In this document: positions 57,601-64,000 of the stretch, piece after piece
How the letters are laid out: each line of letters starts with the position of its first letter
How positions within the stretch are numbered: position 1 is the first letter of the stretch
Source: Gammaproteobacteria bacterium
GTDB lineage: Bacteria; Pseudomonadota; Gammaproteobacteria; Pseudomonadales; JAUIET01
Assembly: GCA_030429735.1 (NCBI GenBank)
Contig: JAUIET010000008.1
Span: 74,726 to 138,725 of the forward strand
Length of the DNA stretch: 64,000 nucleotides
Reading direction: 5' to 3'
Program-made: the position numbers and the translations under genes
The notes under the pieces: model-generated
Database searches by the model: none
Told to the model about the DNA's origin: nothing
Seen by the model: the letters and a program-made list of their open reading frames with translations, nothing else

Positions 57601-59211
57601 TTTACCCGCCTGCTGTACAGTGTGATTAAAACCGGTGTGGCGCCGAAGTCGTTTTATGAACCCAACCCTGACGGAAGCCGTGCACTGGTGCCTTATGACG
57701 GGCTGCCGGTAAACGCAGTTGCCGCGTCTGTAGTTAATGGCGGGCGGTTTTTTAGTGAGGGTAAAACGGTATTCTGCATCGACAACGCTTTCACTGATTT
57801 AAGCAATTCGCTTGACGCGTTTGTGGATTGGATCATTGATGCGGGCTATGACATCCAGCGCCTCGAAGCATATGAAGATTGGTTTTCGCGTTTCAAACGC
57901 CGAATGACGGCATTACCTGAAGAGGAAAAGAAACAAAGCGCTCTTGCCTTGCTGAAGGCGTTTGAGCGACCTAACTCGTTCGTGCCGTTCAGAGGTGAAT
58001 CCAGCAATTTCCAGCTGCTTGTTTCAAAAATGGGTATTGATGCTTCTGAGCTACAGTTGGATGCAGGGTTCATTGTTAAGTGCTTGAATGATATGGCTCT
58101 GCACGGCTTGATTGAAAAGCCGGGTAAACTGCCTGTTCCTAAAGCGCTAAATAAACCCGAAACATCGGTAACCCAGGCTTATGGGGTTACTTCGAGATCG
58201 TCTGATGTTACTGCGATGAACATAGAGCGTCGCTTGCCTGGTGCCAAAGACGTTGCGATTGATATCGAGTACTGTGGTGTGTGCCATTCAGATATTCACT
58301 TTGCGCACAATGATTGGGGAGCTACCCAATATCCGCTTGTTCCTGGCCATGAAATTATTGGTCGTGTGGTTGCTGTTGGCAAAGAAGTTGCTGAATTCAG
58401 TGTTGGCGAGCGGGTAGCAGTCGGTTGCATGGTTGATTCCTGCAGAAGCTGTGCAAGTTGCGAAGACGGTCTTGAGCAATATTGTGATGGCGGACTGGTG
58501 ATGACGTACAACAGCTATGATCACCGACATCAGAATGCGCTTACCTTTGGCGGTTACTCCAATGACATTGTTGTCGATAAAGACTTTGTGATGTCTGTGC
58601 CCGAAAACCTTGACCCTGCAGGTGCCGCACCACTTTTATGTGCAGGTATCACCACCTGGTCGCCCTTGCGCGAATGGGGTGTGAAAGAAGGCATGCGGGT
58701 GGGTGTGGTAGGGCTTGGTGGTCTTGGCCACATGGCCGTCAAATTTTCTGCAGCCCTCGGCGCGCACACGGTTTTGATTTCAACGTCGCGCGAGAAAGCG
58801 GATGATGCCCGAAGATTGGGCGCCGCCGATGTGTTGATTTCCAAAGATCTGGACGCCATGCGCGATGCGAAAGAGAGCTTCGATTTCATACTGGACACAG
58901 TGCCAGTGCATCATGATGTTGATGACTACCTTCGACTGTTGAAGCGCGATGCGACGCTTTGCCTGGTGGGCGCTTTAGAACCACTGGAGTTTCACTCAGG
59001 ACGCGTAGCGATGCGGCGAAAGAAAATCAGCGGCTCATCCATTGGCTCAATCAAAGAAACCAGAGATATGTTAGCGTTCTGTGGTGAAAACAACCTCACG
59101 GCCGATATTGAATTGATCAAACCCGATGATATTCAACATGCATGGAATAGGGTGCAACGCAGTGACGTCAAATATCGGTTTGTGATTGATATGCAAGGGG
59201 CTAAGCAATAA
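54601..59211 (+). CDS. Four-domain fusion: carboxylic-acid-reductase-like adenylation domain, carrier (PCP/ACP) domain, thioester reductase domain and YahK-type Zn alcohol dehydrogenase
   Basis: 1,536-aa uninterrupted ORF. SSGSTGTPKG (aa 254-263), GGDSL with Ser691, TGANGFLG (from aa ~786) and YGASK. The C-terminal ~350 aa carry GVCHSD, GHEIIG, CRSCASCEDGLEQYC and GLGGLGH, and are collinear with E. coli YahK as I recall that sequence. Confidence 0.85.
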   Translation: MPKKKYPKFADRVLELTKNDAQLQQHMPRADLWEGLADDSVPLASNIDRLLAGYGDRPALGEREYTLEDTNGSGRLTRRYGPGFKTISYVEFRHRVRSIASAWRADGRFHVRPDEFVCMMGFAGVDYSALDVACLYTQTVSVPVQANYGFDMLRGMLALIEPTVIATAAPDLEMAVRLAEAIPSIKSFIVFDYDVGDSSNLAAWEASKNALAEKCPNIAVISLDELAELGDADAWEMMPPHREGAERLTSIIHSSGSTGTPKGAMLPERSVVASWNGVSPDAPAIGIGLAPLNHLMGRLVTQGTMGVGGLVNFTLADDMSTLIEDIRATRPINIAFVPRIIDMIYQDYLNQVSRRANDSGISENQAREEIIIEFRGSYLGDRLLGGSVGSAPTTKEMRDFMMACFNIPLVDGYGSTESGTGRVTFNNRVLRPGVIDYKLRDMPELGYLTSDKPYPRGEFCIKTRTQILGYYKNPEASAKLLDDEGYYLSGDIVEERGPDHVVVIDRCNDVLKLSQGEYVAVGRLGTIFESESDLIQQIYVYGNSLRSYLVATVVPDMQALTSILGDTPEPKAIIALIREDFQRIAHRVDLKSFEVPREFILEQEPFSAENGLLTSVLKKKRPALREKYGEQLEALYEQGEQLQSEQLSRLKDPDSTLTTVEKLRILLASNLGIQEEDVDDDKTYHEHGGDSLGSVTFAMAIANVFGTEIASNDILSPAGGINSWVKTLSSGSDKKLSNFTDVHGQRTDEIFAADLRLEKFLPSDVLASASSLPAAASGEPRTVFLTGANGFLGRVVCLEWLKQLSTHGGRLICLIRASDDLAALSRLSDAFDSAGEEMSSAFNSFKGYLEVVAGDFGQPYLGLTQERFESLANEVDVVSHGGALVNHVLDYQSLFVPNVGGVAEIIRLALTGKKKPIDFVSSVAASSHLQFNTGGTETAELADSAKLNDRYANGYGASKWAGEVLLREAHQGFGLPIRIFRGDMMLAHREIAGVINSDDMFTRLLYSVIKTGVAPKSFYEPNPDGSRALVPYDGLPVNAVAASVVNGGRFFSEGKTVFCIDNAFTDLSNSLDAFVDWIIDAGYDIQRLEAYEDWFSRFKRRMTALPEEEKKQSALALLKAFERPNSFVPFRGESSNFQLLVSKMGIDASELQLDAGFIVKCLNDMALHGLIEKPGKLPVPKALNKPETSVTQAYGVTSRSSDVTAMNIERRLPGAKDVAIDIEYCGVCHSDIHFAHNDWGATQYPLVPGHEIIGRVVAVGKEVAEFSVGERVAVGCMVDSCRSCASCEDGLEQYCDGGLVMTYNSYDHRHQNALTFGGYSNDIVVDKDFVMSVPENLDPAGAAPLLCAGITTWSPLREWGVKEGMRVGVVGLGGLGHMAVKFSAALGAHTVLISTSREKADDARRLGAADVLISKDLDAMRDAKESFDFILDTVPVHHDVDDYLRLLKRDATLCLVGALEPLEFHSGRVAMRRKKISGSSIGSIKETRDMLAFCGENNLTADIELIKPDDIQHAWNRVQRSDVKYRFVIDMQGAKQ

Positions 59212-59595
59212 CCGAAGTCTGTCGCAGAGCCTCGCGTTGTATCTCGTCAATACCAAGAGACTCCAAAACCACATCAGTATGCTGCCCATTATGGAACGCA
59301 TTTACGGAACAAGAGTGACCGGAACTAACTCCACAGGACAAACCTAGCCTCAAAACTTTGCCGTTTTGCACAGCTTGGTGGGCACTGGGTCTTGTACTAT
59401 ATCTCATCAGGCTGCGTGCAGCTAAGCGATTCAGCGTAGACTCTGCGCGGTCGGGCTACATCGAGGAATAAACGTAGTCATAGAACTGCGACAATGCTCG
59501 TGAGCCGTAAGGCAATTAGGGGAAAACATTCACCGAAACGGGTGGGTTTGGAAGTGAAGTAAACGTGCTGGTCACTATTCTACTCCTTGGCTATT

Positions 59596-60441
59596 TTATT
59601 TTTGAAACAATACTTCGGGGCTGCCGTACTCGTAATAGCCTAAGGGCCCGGCCATCATTCCATCATCGTAGTGAGAATACAGGTCATAACCCAATAACTG
59701 ACGAGCGCGCTCCGGCCACTGCCTTGCCTGCTCTACTGTGGTGTGAAGGAAATGATTCTCCTGGGTGCGCAGCCAGCCAAGCACATACGAGGCAACAATC
59801 GCCCGCCGCCGCTCGCCGCTGGTATTTGCACCGCCGCCATGTAGGGTTTTGCCACCCACAAACACAATGCTCCCAGCACGCATAACCGCTTGGGCAATTT
59901 CATCAGGCTTGGCTGTGCGTTCCGGGTCGTCCCAGAGATGACTGCCTGGTACAACCTGGGTTGCGCCGTTTTCCACAGTGAAGTCTGTGCCTGCCACCAT
60001 AGTGTTGAATTGCAACATTCGCCCCGGCATCCAGAAATGCCCAGGCCAGATCATGTCATCTGTATGGAGTTCCTGAGCCGTTTCGCCACCATGGATCTCT
60101 ATGATCTCGCTGGAGTTCAACAAGTACTGCCCACAGCTTGGCGCCAAAAAATGATCCATCACGCCCAGAATACGTTCATCGATCATGTGTTCGACGTAAT
60201 TGCTTGCCTTGCTAACGATACCATTCAACCTCACCGTGTGGTGGCCAAGAAATTCCTTGGCCTCTGGTTCACCATAATCATAAGGGGTATAGGAGTCGAT
60301 AGATGTTTGCACAGAAGCGTTGAATTCAGACAACCATTCCTGCGTTACAAAGTCGTCAACGATGACAGCTCCGTGTTCTTCTACTTCCGCCACAATATCG
60401 GCATCAGAGCAATCCGAGGGTTGGTGTGTAATGGCGGCCAT
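59596..60441 (-). CDS. Phytanoyl-CoA dioxygenase (PhyH) family Fe(II)/2OG oxygenase
   Basis: 281 aa. QELHTDD (HxD) and a later GKTLHGGGAN His. Overall PhyH-like pattern. Confidence 0.7.
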   Translation of the reverse strand: MAAITHQPSDCSDADIVAEVEEHGAVIVDDFVTQEWLSEFNASVQTSIDSYTPYDYGEPEAKEFLGHHTVRLNGIVSKASNYVEHMIDERILGVMDHFLAPSCGQYLLNSSEIIEIHGGETAQELHTDDMIWPGHFWMPGRMLQFNTMVAGTDFTVENGATQVVPGSHLWDDPERTAKPDEIAQAVMRAGSIVFVGGKTLHGGGANTSGERRRAIVASYVLGWLRTQENHFLHTTVEQARQWPERARQLLGYDLYSHYDDGMMAGPLGYYEYGSPEVLFQK

Positions 60442-60471
60442 AAGCTTAACTCCTGTAGATGTTCTTCCAGA

Positions 60472-60493
60472 TTATCTGACAGTTGACAGATAA
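60472..60493. promoter_or_regulatory. Imperfect 22-bp palindrome overlapping a TTGACA -35 box; candidate TetR operator
   Basis: ttatctgacag|ttgacagataa has 9/11 arm positions complementary. It contains ttgaca (60483-60488), followed 17 nt later by gagaat. Located in the PhyH/tetR divergent intergenic region. Confidence 0.4.
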
Positions 60494-60538
60494 ATGCAAA
60501 CCCATGAGAATACTGCCTGGTGATACAATTAACAGACT

Positions 60539-61222
60539 ATGACTCAAGCAACGAAACGGGGTGCCCCTCATAAGGCGGTAAAGCGCTTGGAGGTAAAAAG
60601 TGCGGATCCCAAGCGCAGAGCAACCAAGCGACTAAAAGCCAGTGAGCGCCGCGCCTTAATCATAGAAGCTGCCCAGGCAATTTTGCTGGCAGAAGGCTTG
60701 TCTGCGCTTACCTTAAGAAACGTAGCCGAAGCCGCTGGCATACGCATGGCTACTCTTCAGTATTACTTTCCAAGTCGTGAGCAGCTCTTTCAGCACGCGT
60801 TTCAGGAAACAGTGGATGCGGTTTGGACTCAGGCCATCAATCAACTTGATTCAACTCCTGCATCCAACACTGAAGAACGGCTGATCGGCTTTCTTCGATC
60901 AATGTGTGAAACAAGCCGTAATGAGCCGATGATCGGCTGTTTCATTGAACTATGGGCGGCAGCGCGAGTGCATGATTACGCAGCCGACATAATGCGAACC
61001 TACTACGACGATGCGGTTGCTCTATTGGCACAATTGATTCAAGAGGCTCGGCCGGTACATGGTGCAAAGCAAAGCCATCAGCTGGCGGTGCTGATTATGT
61101 CTATGATCGAAGGCCTATCACTGTTTAATCAGATTGATTCACAGTCGAATCGCAGGCCGCGTATTGCTCCTGTTAAGATGCAGGAATCGATAATGGTTTT
61201 GCTTAATGCGGGTCGAGGCTAA
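60539..61222 (+). CDS. TetR/AcrR family transcriptional regulator
   Basis: ERRALIIEAAQAILLAEGLSALTLRNVAEAAGIRMATLQYYFPSREQL. Confidence 0.85.
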   Translation: MTQATKRGAPHKAVKRLEVKSADPKRRATKRLKASERRALIIEAAQAILLAEGLSALTLRNVAEAAGIRMATLQYYFPSREQLFQHAFQETVDAVWTQAINQLDSTPASNTEERLIGFLRSMCETSRNEPMIGCFIELWAAARVHDYAADIMRTYYDDAVALLAQLIQEARPVHGAKQSHQLAVLIMSMIEGLSLFNQIDSQSNRRPRIAPVKMQESIMVLLNAGRG

Positions 61223-61393
61223 GCTGGTGGGGGCAGATTAGTCATGCCCCACTTTCGCTCAGAGCCGAGTTCTTAGGGACTAGTGAGTATTAAACTGGCT
61301 GGTCTTGCGGTGGAACGGGTGTGCGTCAATCAAATGCAGTAGAATCGACGTCATACATCGTACTTTGCACGCTTGATTCCGGGAAAGACTGCA

Positions 61394-62809
61394 ATGCTTG
61401 AGCCAAGAAACAATCCCAACCCATCGTATATTGTTGACCCACCGAGACTCCTGCGCTTTTTGATGGCAAGGGCGCTGGGGCGTGTGGCCAATACCCGGCA
61501 GATTGCCAAAAAACGGGCGGCGGCCGAAAAGAAGCGCAGGTCTGAGGGGCGCGCTCACCGTGTGGAATATTTTCATCAGGTGGACGACCCTTATTCGCAC
61601 TTGATGGCGCAAGTGATCGCGCAGTTTGCCCAGTGTTACGAGATTGAGTTTGTGCCGCATGTTATCCGTGCAAGTGGCGGTCGTAATCAGCCGGAACAGG
61701 AAAAACTGGCGGTTTGGGCACGGCGTGACTGTGGCTTGATTGCACCTCAATATGGTTTGAGTTTTCCTGACGACGCGGGGATAGTACCGCAAGCATCGCA
61801 ACAGGAGGCTGCGAACCGCGCACTGGCCAAGCTCGGCGCCGATGAGTTTCTTGCCCGGATTGAATCTATCAGCACCGCACTGTGGTCTGGTATTTCGATC
61901 GAGTCTGATCGGACGGCAGCGACTGCAGCAGAAGCGCACTCCGCACTTGATGAAGGGTCAGCACGACTGGCTGAATTGCGCCATTATTCAGGTGCCATGC
62001 TCTATTACGAGGGTGAATGGTACTGGGGCGTTGACCGACTGTTCCACCTGGAGCAACGTCTGCGCGACCTTGGGGCCTGTAAGCAGCCTGAGCAGCCCTA
62101 TGTCGTGCCACGGCCAGACACAGATGTTAGCGGCGTGGACGCCAGTGATCTGGACTTGCACTTTTTCCCGTCGTTGAACAGCCCTTATACCTCGATCATT
62201 TTTGACAAAACCATTGAACTCAGCAAGACCTGCAACATCAACTTTCACCACAAACCTGTGTTACCGATGATCATGCGTGGCGTGGCCGCCACCCCAACCA
62301 AGGGTACTTATATTTTCTTTGACACAAAGCGTGAGGCTGACTTTTTTGGGGTGCCGTTCGGCAAGCACGTAACACCGATTGGTGAGCCAACCAGGCAGGC
62401 ATATTCCTTACTGCCGTGGGCCAAGTCACTTGGTAAAGACATTGAACTGCTCAGCACCTTATTGCGTTATGCCTGGTCCGAAGGTAAGGCATTGCACAAA
62501 CAGAAGAACCTGACGCAGGCGGTGGAAGAGGTGGGTCTTGTTTGGTCTGAGGCGCTAAAGCACCTTGGCAGCGACGACTGGAAACCCTTCATAGAACAAC
62601 ACCAGGATGAAATGGTAGAAGGCATGGGCCTTTGGGGTGTGCCTTCCTACCGGCTTTGTGGCCCTGAGGGCGAGCATGATCTGGAGGTATGGGGGCAGGA
62701 TAGACTATGGTTGGTGGCGGCGGAGATTCGAAGAAGGGCTGGCTTGTGCAGCAGCGACCTTCAACAAGGCACGGCCCGCGAGCGCGATGATCGCCAGCAC
62801 AGGCAGTAA
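61394..62809 (+). CDS. Protein with two DsbA-like / 2-hydroxychromene-2-carboxylate-isomerase-like thioredoxin-fold domains
   Basis: Two repeats of the family N-terminal pattern (VEYFHQVDDPYSHLM and LDLHFFPSLNSPYTSII), and WGVPSY near the C-terminus. The start is ATG at 61394 or TTG at 61373. Confidence 0.6.
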   Translation: MLEPRNNPNPSYIVDPPRLLRFLMARALGRVANTRQIAKKRAAAEKKRRSEGRAHRVEYFHQVDDPYSHLMAQVIAQFAQCYEIEFVPHVIRASGGRNQPEQEKLAVWARRDCGLIAPQYGLSFPDDAGIVPQASQQEAANRALAKLGADEFLARIESISTALWSGISIESDRTAATAAEAHSALDEGSARLAELRHYSGAMLYYEGEWYWGVDRLFHLEQRLRDLGACKQPEQPYVVPRPDTDVSGVDASDLDLHFFPSLNSPYTSIIFDKTIELSKTCNINFHHKPVLPMIMRGVAATPTKGTYIFFDTKREADFFGVPFGKHVTPIGEPTRQAYSLLPWAKSLGKDIELLSTLLRYAWSEGKALHKQKNLTQAVEEVGLVWSEALKHLGSDDWKPFIEQHQDEMVEGMGLWGVPSYRLCGPEGEHDLEVWGQDRLWLVAAEIRRRAGLCSSDLQQGTARERDDRQHRQ

Positions 62810-62863
62810 GACACGCGCTTTTCTCACGCTGTGTGTCTCACAACTCATGCCACCCAATTGCTT

Positions 62864-63907
62864 TTAGATACTGCCCGCGAACGACTGAGCGTTAAGTAGA
62901 TAGTCGTCCACACGTTTGGCCACCATGTCAGGTGTCGCCACCTTCATCCCGCCCGCCGCGCCTTTAAGCAAACGGGCGTACACACCCTCTACGATACACG
63001 CCTGTTTCCACCAGGAGAACGATTGATACCATGCCATATTCTTTCGAACATTGTTGCCGGATAAGGTTTCGTATCGATCAATGACGAATTCTCGGGTAGG
63101 AAACGTCGCCTGCGCTGTGGGCGGGTCTTGCAGCCATGTCAGGCTTTCGCCCGGTTCTGCCCAGTAATTCAGCGACCAGATAAAATCAGCTACCGGGTCG
63201 CCTATAGTGCAAAGCTCCCAGTCAAGTACTGCCGCCATACTGAGGTCTGAATTGAGCACAGTATTGTCAAAACGATAGTCTCCATGCGCCAAACCCGGCT
63301 GGCTTGTGCTGTCTGGTATGCTGCGTTCTAAAACACCGTGCAACTCCGCAAATGCAGTCACATCTCGGGCTGCGGCTGCGTTTACCTGCGTCAGCCAACG
63401 CTTGAGTTGCCGCTCCAGATACGCGTCATGGCGCGCCAGATCCGAAAGACCAACGGCCTCAAGATCAACCGTATGAAACGCCACTTGCGCGCTTATTAAT
63501 GCCTCAGTTGCCGCAAGGCATTGATCTTTGCTCAAATCACTGGATGACTGACTGTCGCGGATAACGCGGCCCTCAATCATCTCCATGCAATAAAAGTCGG
63601 CGTCGCACACGTTTCTGTCATCGCAGTAAGCAAGCATTCGCGGTACAGGCACAGGGGAAGCTTGCAGCGCAGCCATAATCCGGTATTCCCTGTGCATGTC
63701 ATGCGCGGTGGCCAATCGAGCCCGCAATGGCGGGCGTCGTACAACAAAGCGTTGCTGCCGCGCGTCGCTGGCAATGTACGTAAGATTGGATCCACCAGCT
63801 GGTACCAGGCTGAACTTAAAAGGCGGTACAAAACCTTCAAGCGTGTCTGCCAACCAGGTGGCTATGGTGTCTGGCCAGTCTTCCTTGTTGATGTGTTGAG
63901 TGCTCAA
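62864..63907 (-). CDS. Phosphotransferase (aminoglycoside-phosphotransferase-like kinase) family protein
   Basis: GGSNLTY, catalytic-loop-like GLAHGDYRFDNTVL and DWELCTIGDP. The likely TTG start at 63907 follows GAGG. The track start is at 63976. Confidence 0.75.
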   Translation of the reverse strand: MSTQHINKEDWPDTIATWLADTLEGFVPPFKFSLVPAGGSNLTYIASDARQQRFVVRRPPLRARLATAHDMHREYRIMAALQASPVPVPRMLAYCDDRNVCDADFYCMEMIEGRVIRDSQSSSDLSKDQCLAATEALISAQVAFHTVDLEAVGLSDLARHDAYLERQLKRWLTQVNAAAARDVTAFAELHGVLERSIPDSTSQPGLAHGDYRFDNTVLNSDLSMAAVLDWELCTIGDPVADFIWSLNYWAEPGESLTWLQDPPTAQATFPTREFVIDRYETLSGNNVRKNMAWYQSFSWWKQACIVEGVYARLLKGAAGGMKVATPDMVAKRVDDYLLNAQSFAGSI

Positions 63908-64000
63908 AACCGGCCTCAGGAAACCACAGACCCAGGGTAGCGTCGCTCCAATACCGAGCGAATACCGTCCCGCCAACTAATATTGCATGGGCCCGCCAGT

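Noticed and set aside
59201-59407. 68-aa minus-strand ORF in the 384-bp gap after the CAR-ADH gene. Its tail (VNAFHNGQHTDVVLESLGIDE) faintly resembles the C-terminus of RimJ/RimL-type GNAT acetyltransferases. I also considered it as a missing PPTase.
   Set aside because: The similarity is short and weak. It lacks the acetyl-CoA-binding core and any PPTase motif. At best it is a decayed gene remnant, and I cannot support it as a feature.
1-64000. CRISPR arrays, rRNA or tRNA genes, transposase or integrase genes, and prophage structural genes.
   Set aside because: None found. There are no regularly spaced short direct repeats, no tRNA-like cloverleaf candidates in the intergenic regions I inspected, and no ORF with DDE, tyrosine or serine recombinase motifs.

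Overview
This looks like a chromosomal window from a Gram-negative bacterium. The gene content suggests a marine, oligotroph-type gammaproteobacterium, but that is inference only. I support about 50 protein-coding genes and found no rRNA, tRNA or CRISPR array.

Layout:
- 122-4377: an ODC-like decarboxylase divergent from a TPR-sulfotransferase, which is translationally coupled to an unknown protein.
- 4473-21098: a TetR-centred divergent catabolic regulon. It holds a TonB-dependent receptor, three alpha-only Rieske oxygenases, a GcvT-like aminomethyltransferase, a class-III aminotransferase, two tandem CrtI-like flavoproteins, an Asp/Asn beta-hydroxylase-like protein, an exported amidohydrolase and an FAH-family hydrolase. 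The substrate is unknown and no reductase partner is present in the window.
- 21146-27047: housekeeping genes (HDOD protein, SDR, aqpZ, MscS-like channel, msrB, MBL-fold hydrolase).
- 27054-28862: a dense cluster of nested hairpin repeats bracketing an epimerase-family gene.
- 28970-43028: a lipid/alicyclic-type oxidation cluster. It holds a tandem ACAD pair, a D-aminoacylase-like amidohydrolase, a Rieske/fatty-acid-hydroxylase/EthD-like operon, a KstD-like flavoprotein, TauD, four SDRs, MipA and one unknown protein.
- 43139-48333: rlmI-like gene, then a 3,358-bp insertion in the 3' end of an lrp-family gene. The insertion carries a DUF4143-type ATPase, an intact vapBC pair and decayed TA fragments.
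- 48489-63976: fused indolepyruvate:ferredoxin oxidoreductase, a second TonB-dependent receptor, the large fusion ORF described below, PhyH, TetR, a double DsbA-like protein and a phosphotransferase.

Two items stand out. The first is a 1,536-aa single ORF that fuses a complete carboxylic-acid-reductase architecture (A-PCP-R) to a complete YahK-type Zn alcohol dehydrogenase. The second is a family of hairpin elements with conserved 51-54-nt loops, unrelated long arms, and several compensatory base-pair changes between copies.
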